A stretch of DNA of 62,912 nucleotides, filler included, from Octopus bimaculoides (lineage: Eukaryota): NCBI RefSeq assembly GCF_001194135.2. It is 4 parts of 4 records of this genome, joined end to end, with 100 filler letters (N's around TTAATTAATTAA, not from the genome) between each part and the next. Parts side by side here need not be neighbours in the genome. Positions count along the whole stretch, not along the records: positions 1 to 26,401 come from NC_068981.1; 3 more parts are not named here. The stretch is one strand, 5' to 3'. Positions 11,694 to 22,292 of the stretch are shown one piece after another. Numbering within the stretch: the stretch's first letter is position 1; each line of letters opens with the position of its first letter. The position numbers were made by a program, and so were the translations under genes. The notes below the pieces were generated by a model. The model did no database searches. It was not told where the DNA came from and saw only the letters and a list, made by a program, of their open reading frames with translations.

Positions 11694-12590
11694 AGGCGCA
11701 GGAGTGGCTGTGTGGTAAGAAGCTTGCTTCCCAACCACATGGTTCCGGATTCAGTCCCAGTGCGTGGCACCCTAGGCAAGTGTCTTCTGCTATAGCCTCG
11801 GACCGACCAAAACCTTGTGAGTAGATTTGGTAGACAGAAACTGAAAGAAGCCCGTCATATATANNNNNNNNNNNNNNNNNNNNNNNNNNNNNNNNNNNNN
11901 NNNNNNNNNNNNNNNNNNNNNNNNNNNNNNNNNNNNNNNNNNNNNNNNNNNNNNNNNNNNNNNNNNNNNNNNNNNNNNNNNNNNNNNNNNNNNNNNNNNN
12001 NNNNNNNNNNNNNNNNNNNNNNNNNNNNNNNNNNNNNNNNNNNNNNNNNNNNNNNNNNNNNNNNNNNNNNNNNNNNNNNNNNNNNNNNNNNNNNNNNNNN
12101 NNNNNNNNNNNNNNNNNNNNNNNNNNNNNNNNNNNNNNNNNNNNNNNNNNNNNNNNNNNNNNNNNNNNNNNNNNNNNNNNNNNNNNNNNNNNNNNNNNNN
12201 NNTATATATATATATATATATTGATAGAAATGGCAAGACAACATTTTCATAGCATTTTTTTCGATGGCCCGATAACTGAAGAAATGCTGGTGTGGGTTTC
12301 CGCCTCGACATCCGAAACTCAGAGTTTTATCATGGCTACCGAATAATTGTCACATATTATATTTACATATATATATATATGTATGTGTGTGCGTTTGTCC
12401 CCCTCACCATCGCTTGACAACCGATGTTGGTGTGTTTACTTTCCCGTAAACTAGCGGTTCGGCAAAAAAGACCGATAGAATAAGTCCTAGGCTTACACAG
12501 AATAAGTCCTGCGGGCCATTTGTTCGACTAAATCTGGTGCTTCAGCATGGCCTTAGTCAAATGACTGAAACAAGTAAAAGAATAAAAGAA
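11694..12590 (+). mobile_element. SINE family A, full-length, with a gap and an HHR-bearing insert in its central microsatellite
   Basis: Head aggcgcaggagtggctgtgtggtaagaagcttgc (11694); 3' half tgacaaccgatgttggtg...aatgactgaaacaagtaaaag (12415-12590). Confidence 0.85.
12271..12331 (+). ncRNA. Type I hammerhead-ribozyme-like motif in a short TA-flanked insert (about 12240-12360)
   Basis: GATAA-CTGAAGA-[aatg ctggtgtgg gttt ccgcc tcga catcc]-GAA-ACTC a GAGT-T-TTATC: stem I GATAA/TTATC, stem III ACTC/GAGT, GUU cleavage triplet; base of stem II imperfect. Confidence 0.65.
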
Positions 12591-12596
12591 TATGCA

Positions 12597-12634
<38 letters not shown>

Positions 12635-12756
12635 GCGGGGATTTTCACCTATCGCGTGGGGTTTTGGAACGTAACACCTGTGATAATCGAAAGATTACTG
12701 TACAAACAAACTAACATTTGCTTTTTATAAGTGCTGGAATATGTATTGTAAGATAT

Positions 12757-12902
12757 AATTGACGGATATTTGTCCTCATCTTGTTTGTTGTTAACACAAC
12801 GTTTCGGCTCATATACCCTCCAGCCGTCATCAGGTGTCTTGGGGAAATTTCGAACCTAAGTTCTCATTCCTAGGGTATTTTTCGATGTTGTTGTTGTTGT
12901 TG

Positions 12903-12968
<66 letters not shown>

Positions 12969-13039
12969 TTCTTCTTCAGGTCACTGCCTGGAATCGAACT
13001 CGGAATCTTGGTGTTAGTAGCCCGCGCTCTTAACGACTA
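12757..13039 (-). mobile_element. SINE family F: tRNA-like head + internal (AAT/AAC)n + HHR-bearing tail
   Basis: Minus strand: tagtcgttaagagcgcgggctactaacaccaagattccgagTTCGATTCCagg (A-box-like and B box), then trinucleotide tract, then tail with hammerhead core. Confidence 0.8.
12793..12838 (-). ncRNA. Minimal type I hammerhead ribozyme motif (PLE type)
   Basis: Minus strand GACAC-CTGATGA-C-GGCTg gagggtatat gAGCC-GAA-ACGT-T-GTGTT: stem I GACAC/GTGTT, stem II GGCT/AGCC, palindromic loopless stem III ACGT, GUU triplet. Confidence 0.75.
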
Positions 13040-13041
13040 TT

Positions 13042-13076
13042 TACCCCAAGATTCCTAGTTCGATTCCAGGCAGTGA

Positions 13077-13123
<47 letters not shown>

Positions 13124-13313
13124 TTAATAATAATAATAACAACAACAACATCGAAAAATACCTTAGGAATGAGAACCCAGGTTCGAAATTTCCCCAAGAC
13201 ACCTGAGGGTATATCAGCCGAAACGTTGTGTTAACAATAAACAAGATGAGGACAAATATCCGTCAATTGTAAATAATGTACATAATTCCTCATTTCTTAA
13301 ATACAGAACTGAA
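13042..13313 (+). mobile_element. SINE family F, second copy, 5'-clipped and inverted relative to 12757-13039; HHR core deleted
   Basis: ccaagattcctagttcgattccaggcagtgacctg...gacacctga^gggtatatcagccgaaacgttgtgtt (11-nt deletion tgacggctgga relative to the partner copy). Confidence 0.8.
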
Positions 13314-13629
13314 ATGTTAGTTTGTTTATAATTATATACACGTGATTTTACATTTAGCTGGAGATGTGGGTTCAATTCCAATGTCTGTTTGTTGACAAAT
13401 TTTCCGCTTTGTAAGGCTAATTTATCTAATGCTTCTGCTGTTCTAACGGCTTCTCTGCGTTCGAAAATAAATTATCTTATTTGTATCTTACAATACACAT
13501 TTCGACGCTTATAAAAAACAAATGTTCGTTTGTATTTATATACATAGGCTAGTGTTTCCTCGATTCGTTTCAAATTTCATTTGCTCTGAAAATGTAGAAA
13601 CATGGTTTGCTCAAGTATATATTTATGAT

Positions 13630-13970
13630 ACATTATGTCAACTGGATCGGAGAAACCAAATACTTAAATACGTCGACGAGATACCACAAGATTAACTTGA
13701 ATACAACATTACGAGACAACATGCTTGCAGTTATGTTTCAAGATGGCAGCAAAAAGTACTTTGATGTCGATACTCATTAGTTTTCAATGGTTATTCCAGA
13801 AAACCATGTTTCTAGATTTGGTATTTGAAGATACAGTAGGCTCATTGCAAGAGAAGTTGCAGAAATTATGCCAGATACTAACTTGGGAACCCTACTGTCT
13901 GTGTCACAACACCTGGCGGAGAAGATAACTTCCACGTGGACTTCTGTACGAAATGCTAAAAATTCCATCC
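13630..13970 (+). mobile_element. Possible highly decayed mariner-like transposase N-terminal fragment
   Basis: AVMFQDGSKK...SMVIPENHV...RLIAREVAEIM...HLAEKITSTW resembles mariner FKDG...TPENI...RLTVREIAE...HLGMRKISARW; weak. Confidence 0.35.
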
Positions 13971-14074
13971 AATTCTCTCTCAAATCATATTTTCTCGTCT
14001 TAAATAAGGATATATACATTGGATAAAGTAAATGATTCTCTTTCGATTTTGATAATGAATATTTGGTTTGTTTG

Positions 14075-14225
14075 ATCAGCTGAACTATCTGCTCATTAAG
14101 TTAGCGTGTATTTGACTGAATATTTCACAGACATGTGTATCCTTAAAGTAATTCTCAAAAAAGGCTCAGGATGAGACAGTGTGATAAAGAAGGACCTTTT
14201 TGATTAACAGGTGCAATTCAATTGA
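14075..14225 (-). mobile_element. SINE family C body fragment (also 25523-25790 on +, 37655-37800 on -)
   Basis: Reverse complement resembles the 25523-25790 body aagggtacacatgtctgtggactactcaccc...; 37655-37800 shares ggccctttgaaatacagctacaactcat. Confidence 0.6.
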
Positions 14226-15261
14226 CAGGTCTGCATGCAATTTCTCTGTTCAATTTGACTCACATGTTTGAGCCACGTGAAGCTTTGGTAAAAAAATATC
14301 ACCTTGGGGGTGGATTTCGGGATCTCGAAACTACGAACCGAATTCCTTAACCGTTCTGCCAGTCCTAAATATACTATCCGAAAATATGATAGACTGTCAT
14401 ATACGTCTTAACAATAACAACAACGATATAAAATTCTGCAACAGTGTATTTATAGGAGGCAATGAAAGACCTCGATATAGTATCACGATGAGTTAAATAA
14501 AACATCCAAATTTCCCTCAAAACATGCTCGCTTGATTTTTAACGAAAATAGGTCCCAATGAATGATATAATCCCACGAGATCGCATAGGTCGGCTCGATA
14601 AGAGCCTGACTTAGAGTTAACATCAACAGCAGTAACTACGTATTTATACACATAATAGTAGTTGTTAATGTTTTAACACTAGGTCGGTCCTGGTCGAGCC
14701 AACCATTGATCAAAAGGTATTCCAGCATTTTTGATGTATTTTAAAGGTATGTAGAATTACATTATGCAATGCATGCTTTTTTTTGTATTGACGGCAAGGT
14801 ATAATTTGAAAAAGATTTGGCGGCTATTTCTATCAGGTAGCATGACTATGTAGAGACTCCCTATACTTGAATATTGACCACCTTTGAGATGTGCACTGCA
14901 ATGTTTCAGAAAGTACCAGCCTATTCAAAACGTAACTCATTCGAGTAATATATTTAAAAAATAAGCTAGTCCGCGGAGTAATAGGCAGAGAGCAGCGCCC
15001 TTGTGATTTGCTATACTAGCTTTCAGATCTTATATCATAACTCCATTCACATCTTATGGAACATTATCAGAATATAATGGGAATCAACCCCATACTAGGA
15101 TGGTTATTTAGCGGCTCCAGAAAGATGAAAGGCAAAACGAATCGGTGAATGATTCGAACGGAGAACACAAGATTCCATAAATAAATAAGTGCAAACCTTT
15201 TTATGCGAACCCTAACAAATCAACTTTTTAGAGATCGATGCAGTTAGTGTTCAATATGAGA

Positions 15262-15395
15262 ATCTGTGTCGACTTTGCCTTTCATCCTTTGGGGGTCGAT
15301 AAATTATGTACCAGTTGCGTACTGGGGTCGATCTAATCGAGTGGCTCCCCTCCCCTAAAATTTCAGGCCTTGTGCCTAGAGTAGAAAAGAATATG
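15262..15395 (+). mobile_element. SINE family B, 3' part
   Basis: gtcgactttgcctttcatcc...ggccttgtgcctagagtagaaaagaat. Confidence 0.85.
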
Positions 15396-15492
15396 AATAT
15401 CTGTATAGTAAAATCTGTAAGGTCTGCATCAGTTTTCATATTCTCTGTAATGCCGTATTGAATATTAGCTCTGATGTAAAAATTATTGACTT

Positions 15493-15688
15493 TAAATTTT
15501 GGCACAAGGCCAGCAAGTTCGAGGGAGGGGGATAAGTCAATTACATCAACTTCTTTTATCGACTTCGAAAGGATGAAAGGCAAAGTCAACCTCAACGGCA
15601 TTTGAACTCACAACGTAAAGACGGACGAAATGCTGCCTTAGCATTTTGCCCGGTGTGCCTAACGATTCTGTTAGCTCTCTGCCTTACC
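15493..15688 (-). mobile_element. SINE family B, tail-to-tail with 15262-15395
   Basis: ggcacaaggccagc...aggatgaaaggcaaagtcaacctc...gattctgttagctctctgcctta. Confidence 0.85.
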
Positions 15689-16244
15689 GATGTGAATAAT
15701 ATTGCGATCTTATTCATCATAAGTGAAGAGAGTGTGAAAAAAACATATCACCGTAGATATGATAGTGGTTAGCTAAAGCTTGGATATGGGTTCATTCGTT
15801 TATCAATGATTTGTGTGGTACACACACACATACACATACACGCACAGCATGAATTATTTCCCTATTTCGTGGTCAGCATACATATATACATATACCTACG
15901 TATATAATGTATTCGCCATGTGCTTAACCCCTTTGGAATCACTTCTATAAATCGCTTTTTGGTGACGCGGTGTCTCTGGAGATACCTTTTTTTACTTCTG
16001 TTTCTTCTATGTTAATTATTATACAGAGTTGACAAGTCGATAAGAATGACATACATTTAACCAGATATAAATATTGATAGTTTCACTGCAGCCAGAAGCA
16101 GTGCAATGGGAACCAGTGAAGGAGCTCCTGACAACGAAGAGAGGTTCTTGGCAAAAATAGTGCCTTGGTAACCAGGTAGCTAGAGCAGCCCTCAGCCTAC
16201 TTGAAAAGATATTCAAATATTCCATATTGCACTCAGTATCTTTT

Positions 16245-16398
16245 ATCTTTTACTTGTTTCATTCATTTGACTGCGGCCATTTTGGGGTACCATCGTGAAT
16301 GGTTTTAATCGAATATATCGATCCCTGAATTTATCTTCTTTAAACCTAGCACTTATTTTTTCGGGATCTATTGCCGAACCGCTAAGTTACGGGGGATT

Positions 16399-16435
<37 letters not shown>

Positions 16436-17022
16436 TAATATGAATAGCAGTTTGCACTGTTTCACTGAAAAGGAGAATTACAAACGTCACTAAATGCGAC
16501 TAGAGTGTTAGACAGCACCTATATTGCTAGAAATAAAAGCTAAAAAGCTCTAATGTCTTAGTTAACGCACATGAATGAAAATATATACACTAACAGGGAC
16601 CATAATCGTCCGAAAAGTGCCGTTCGAGAATGCTTAATATTTCCGGACTCGCTTCGCCATTAGTATTTATGTTTTCGTTATCCAAATAATTGAATGATTT
16701 AGCGAATCGCTAATGTGTATATATAAAATTAATATGAACAGCAGTTTGCAATGTTTCAGGAAAAAGGAGAATTATTAGGATGTTAGACAATATCTACATT
16801 GCTATAAAGAAGAGCTAAAGCGCTCTAATCCTGTAGTTAACGCATATGAATGAAAATATACGACGGGCTTCTTTCAGTTTACATCTAGCAAATCCCCTCA
16901 CAAGGCTTTGGTCAGCTCGAGGCTATTGTAGAAGACACTTGCCCAAGGTGTCGCGCAGTGGGCTTGAACACGGAACCATGTTGTTGGGAAGCAAGCTTCT
17001 TACCACTCAGCTTCGCCGGCAC
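16245..17022 (-). mobile_element. SINE family A split by an insert of about 430 bp
   Basis: 3' half 16245-16410; 5' half 16860-17022 (gacgggcttctttcag...gacacttgcccaaggtg...cttaccac). Confidence 0.8.
16434..16860. repeat. Imperfect direct repeat of about 150 bp (16434-16587, 16728-16860) separated by about 140 bp
   Basis: aattaatatgaa.agcagtttgca.tgtttca...aaggagaatta...gttagaca...gctctaat...gttaacgca.atgaatgaaaatata occurs twice. Confidence 0.85.
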
Positions 17023-17552
17023 CTATATATATGTGTGCGTGCGCGCATTTAGTCACTAATGAATACACACAACCGCATAATTTATCATAAGAACCAAATA
17101 CACCGTTGTGTGAAAACGGTGACAAAGCTATTAAAATCTCATACAACGGAGCACAACATGCATTTTGCCTGACCTCGGGCTTATAGTTAGAATATATTAT
17201 AATAACAGCAGAATGAGAAACCTCCTCATCAACACAAAACCACAAACTAGTAAACCACAGAACATACCTTACGCAACCAATGTGATATACTAATTTCAAT
17301 GTAAACATGAAAGTTCTAAAATTAACGACTCACACTGTTACATCGAACACACAAGCGCGACACTTTCTTGTCGGTTGGTCAAACGGATGCAGCATCGAGC
17401 TATCGAAACTCATTATAATACAGTATTGGAAATATAATTAGCTAGAAGAACATTGACAGCGCAAGAATTTTATTGAGAATTCCACAAAAATGAAAGAATG
17501 TCTATGGGGTCTTTTACTAAAAGTAAAATACAAAGTACAGATAGTTACATTG

Positions 17553-17760
17553 ATATACTTTTCTACTCTAGGCACAAAGCCCGAGATTTTGGGGGAGGGT
17601 GCCAGTCGATTAGATCGACCCCAGTACGAAACTGGTATTTGATTTATCGACCTTGAAAGGCAAGATCGACCTTGGCGGAATTTGAACTCAGAACGTAAAA
17701 ACACGAAATACCGCTAAGGATTTCGCCCGGCGTGCTAACGTTTCTGCCAGCTCACCACCT
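17553..17760 (-). mobile_element. SINE family B, full monomer (type-2 tail)
   Basis: ttctactctaggcacaaag...gatcgaccccagtacg...gaatttgaactcagaacg...tctgccagctcacc. Confidence 0.9.
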
Positions 17761-18254
17761 TTTTACATAGATATAGCACATATGAAATACACCAGGAAAC
17801 CCTATCAGTACTTAATCATTGCATTATTTCCAGAAATCGGCGTGTATGATTTTTATCAGTTGTGGTAGTGTTCTCATAATCCTTTGGAAACGTGCGAATA
17901 ACAAAGCCATAATTACTATCACTCCGATGGTGAAACCGGGAATATCCTGGACTGTTATTAAATAAATAGATTTAGGAGCGCTATTTTTACAAAATAAACG
18001 TAGAGGATATATGAAATATCCTAAATGAAAAAAAAAAAATTAAAATCGAACACTGCTTGACTATAAGAAAAGCTATCCCCTTTTTGCACACTACCCCATT
18101 TTGACGTCATTGTATCATTTTATACACTGTCTGTCTTCCTTTCACATACATTGTTTATATATGTACAGTGTATATAAAAAAAACATGAAATAAATGAAAA
18201 TGTAATTATACAAAAATAAGGATCTTACCCTAATACTTTTACTGTTTAATGTAT

Positions 18255-18588
18255 GACACCTTGGTCAAGTGTCTTCTTCTATAGCCTCGAACTAACCGAA
18301 GCCTTGTAAGTGGATTTGGTAGACGAAAACCGAAAGAAACCTGTCATGTATAATATATGTACGTATATGTGTGTAGGTCTTTCTGTCAGTGTATCTGCCT
18401 CCACTACCGCTTGAAAACCGGTGTTAGTGTGTTTGCATCTCCGTAACATAGCAGTTCGGCAAAATAGGCCGAAAGAGTAAGTACCAGGCTTAAAAAATAA
18501 GTACTGAAGTCGATTCATTCGACTAAAAATTCAAGGCAGCACCGTGGAATGGCTGCAGTCTAATGACTGAAACAAGTAAAAGATAAAA
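18255..18588 (+). mobile_element. SINE family A, 5'-truncated
   Basis: ccttggtcaagtgtcttc...ggatttggtagacg...aatgactgaaacaagtaaaag. Confidence 0.8.
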
Positions 18589-19096
18589 TTATCAATACAA
18601 TACTTTGTTAACGCACCGCGTATAATAATAATAAACCTATGACGTTCTGATGAGGAAACTGACAACGTATTGATTGGAGATTCATCTTTGCACCGGTACA
18701 GTTGTAGGCGCTGTTGTCAAAACACACACAGCCAGAACAAATGTAAATGTACTTTTTCTAAATCTGGCATATATTCTATCTCTCTCTTTTTGTCGAACCG
18801 CTGATTACAGAGATGTAAACAAACACCTGTTGTCTATCGGAGCGGTGACACAGACACACACACACATATATGCACATTTATACTCGTGTATGTGTGTATA
18901 ACCGAATAAGGTTACTTCCTAGATTCAATTAAGTCCCTGCAAACGTTCCGGGAGTCCATAAAGTCTTGTGTGTGAATTTGGTTCGAGTAGACGAAGTGCT
19001 TCACAGCACTGAACCCACTTTTCAGCGCAATCATCTATAAATCCAAGCCTGCACTTCAGGCATTTTTTTTTTTCGTACGAGTTTATCTTCTCCTAG

Positions 19097-19360
19097 GTGT
19101 AGGCGCGTGGCTTAGTGGTTAGGCTGTTGAACTCATGATCGTAAGATTGTGGTTTCGATTCCTGGACCGGGCAACGAGTTGTTGTTCTTGAGCCAAACAC
19201 TCCATTTCACGTTACTCCAGTCTACTCAGCTGGCAAAAATGAGTGATCCTGTGACGGACGGGCGTCCCGTCCAGGTGGGAGATGTATACACCATGGTAAC
19301 CAGGGAACCGGTCCTATGCGTCTATATGACTCGGGAAGGAACTTTACTTTCTTTTTCTAC
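19097..19360 (+). mobile_element. SINE family C, full-length with TSD
   Basis: tRNA-like head ggcgcgtggcttagtggttagg...tttcgattcc; 10-bp TSD CTTCTCCTAG at 19087-19096 and 19361-19370. Confidence 0.9.
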
Positions 19361-19747
19361 CTTCTCCTAGAAGCAAGTTCTAACTAGAACTACAAGTCCT
19401 TGACTCCCATTAATTCACATGCTAGCTAACCCATTACTGGAACCCTAACAGGTGCTACTAGTCCGGCTCAGGGTGACCTGGAAACAATAGTGGCTCCTCA
19501 AAACCTTAGAATTCTCGAACCAGAGCTCCACTACCGGATGCAGTTTAAAGTCATACCTGTCTATGAAAAAACTGATCGGGTTGGAAGTGAGGTAGGGGAT
19601 ACCCAAGATACTGCGCGGTGGGACTGAACCCGAACTCACACGGTTGTAAGCGAATTTGTTAACCACACAGCTATGCCTGAGAATGATATGTGTGTGTAAA
19701 GTATGTCGGTAATATATGTGCGCGAATGTACATACACACACACATAC

Positions 19748-19814
<67 letters not shown>

Positions 19815-20644
19815 CACCCCCACATATACATATGTATATGTGTATAATATATGTATAGGTATATGTTAATATGAGCATGCATTAATGTGTAATATATGTA
19901 TATGTGTATATGTATATATGTATATGTGTGTGTAGATATGTGTATGCAAGTATGTGTGTGTGTGTATATATAATATATATATATATATCTGTATGTATAT
20001 GTGTGTATATACATATATATATGTGGGGGGGGGATGTACGCACAAGTACATATATATATAAAATGCAATGTATAACACACACCGTTTTAATATAGTCGAT
20101 TTAATACTTTCCACCAAAACATTTGTTATAATTATCAGTATAAACTTTTGAGTAATTAATTCTTAGCGCTTGTTGAAATAAATATATCATGTTTCCCTTC
20201 ACTTATAGCATATATCATCTTAATGTATACATTACTACCCAAATATATCTCATAATATATTATGTCGCGAATATATCTCACACCCTATTATATGTCTTAT
20301 AACCTATGACTACACTCTATATCGTATCATCGTCTCACTATACATTACGTTGTACAAATATATCTGATATACTCTAAATATATCATATACATTCTCTGTG
20401 TGTGTGTGTGTGTGAGTTTATGAGTGTGCTGTGCCGACTTAATATGTTATATTTCATGCACATTGATTATATATTAAAAAAAGTGAAGATATTTAGTATC
20501 ATACAACTATGTGTTACTTCTTCTAATCCTACATAATCAAGAATGAGTTGTATATTAATTTTTTTCCACTTTGATCTGTGTGTGTGTAATAAGTGTGCGT
20601 GTATCATATATATATTCGTATTCATGTGTACACACGCATAACTA

Positions 20645-20715
<71 letters not shown>

Positions 20716-21408
20716 TGAGAGTGTGCGTGTGTGTGTATATATGTGTCTATGTGTGTACGTATGTATGTATGATTGTAGGNNNNNNNNNNNNNNNNNNNNN
20801 NNNNNNNNNNNNNNNNNNNNNNNNNNNNNNNNNNNNNNNNNNNNNNNNNNNNNNNNNNNNNNNNNNNNNNNNNNNNNNNNNNNNNNNNNNNNNNNNNNNN
20901 NNNNNNNNNNNNNNNNNNNNNNNNNNNNNNNNNNNNNNNNNNNNNNNNNNNNNNNNNNNNNNNNNNNNNNNNNNNNNNNNNNNNNNNNNNNNNNNNNNNN
21001 NNNNNNNNNNNNNNNNNNNNNNNNNNNNNNNNNNNNNNNNNNNNNNNNNNNNNNNNNNNNNNNNNNNNNNNNNNNNNNNNNNNNNNNNNNNNNNNNNNNN
21101 NNNNNNNNNNNNNNNNNNNNNNNNNNNNNNNNNNNNNNNNNNNNNNNNNNNNNNNNNNNNNNNNNNNNNNNNNNNNNNNNNNNNNNNNNNNNNNNNNNNN
21201 NNNNNNNNNNNNNNNNNNNNNNNNNNNNNNNNNNNNNNNNNNNNNNNNNNNNNNNNNNNNNNNNNNNNNNNNNNNNNNNNNNNNNNNNNNNNNNNNNNNN
21301 NNNNNNNNNNNNNNNNNNNNNNNNNNNNNNNNNNNNNNNNNNNNNNNNNNNNNNNNNNNNNNNNNNNNNNNNNNNNNNNNNNNNNNNNNNNNNNNNNNNN
21401 NNNNNNNT

Positions 21409-21600
21409 ATATATATGGGAGAATATACAAATAATAACAACAGACGAGGACAGGTGGTGTAAATAACAAAAGTATATATTAGTATGACGCTCGGGAATAC
21501 GGAAAGTCTTTGACGTTTCGAGCTACGCTCTTCAACAGAAAGAATACGGAGACATGGAGAAAAAAAATTGAATAGTGTTCAATCAACGGTCAATCATAAT
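21409..21600 (-). mobile_element. Short non-coding PLE pseudo-LTR-like element between TA microsatellites
   Basis: About 190 bp of complex sequence bounded by (TA)n on both sides and containing a hammerhead motif. Confidence 0.6.
21507..21543 (-). ncRNA. Minimal type I hammerhead motif with variant core CUGUUGA
   Basis: Minus strand TCTTT-CTGTTGA-A-GAGC gta GCTC-GAA-ACGT-C-AAAGA: perfect stems I and II, palindromic stem III ACGT, GUC triplet; A6 replaced by U. Confidence 0.7.
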
Positions 21601-21661
21601 AATATATATATACATATATATATATACATATATATATATACATATATATACATATATATAC

Positions 21662-21697
<36 letters not shown>

Positions 21698-21959
21698 ATG
21701 TGTGTATGTGTGTGTGTACATTTATATTAGTGTGTGTATGTATATACACACATAAACAACTGTATCCGTTTATATACTTAAATATTTTAATGAATTCACA
21801 CACTCACAAATACAGACACACACATATCTTTATAAGTATATTTAAACATATATATATTCATATCGAAGGAGAGATGGCTTTTGGAAGAGTCATTAAGAAA
21901 TTCTGTCTCCCACAACCTTTTTGTTTTTACCACAAGAACTAAGAAATCGAGTAGCTTTA

Positions 21960-22027
<68 letters not shown>

Positions 22028-22219
22028 GTTCAGTAGTTTTATTTTTATAACGTGCTTTCACTTCACTACCGAGCGCAGCTCTGTGCGCCTTGGGTATGTG
22101 CTGTGGTTTGCTGTGGTGCTCGTATGTTTACTGTATTGAAAGTGTTTTGCGTAGAATGTGTGCAGTACCCAGTAGTGCAATTTTCTGTATGTTATATATA
22201 TTTGTAAGTCCTGGTGTTT

Positions 22220-22221
<2 letters not shown>
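22028..22221 (-). mobile_element. R4/Dong-clade non-LTR element, extreme 3' end only
   Basis: Minus strand TPGLTNIYNIQKIALLGTAHILRKTLSIQ* plus 3'UTR; (TAA)n on both sides. Confidence 0.85.

Positions 22222-22289
<68 letters not shown>

Positions 22290-22292
<3 letters not shown>

Noticed and set aside
13000-13075. tRNA genes (also heads of SINE A and C copies)
   Set aside because: No complete cloverleaf or acceptor stem; all continue into SINE bodies.
16081-16230. GC-richer patch with a 68-aa minus ORF
   Set aside because: No recognisable motif in the frames examined; splice signals weak.
16466-16500. ctgaaaaggagaattacaaacgtc as a decayed hammerhead
   Set aside because: Requires changes at two catalytic positions and has no stem II.
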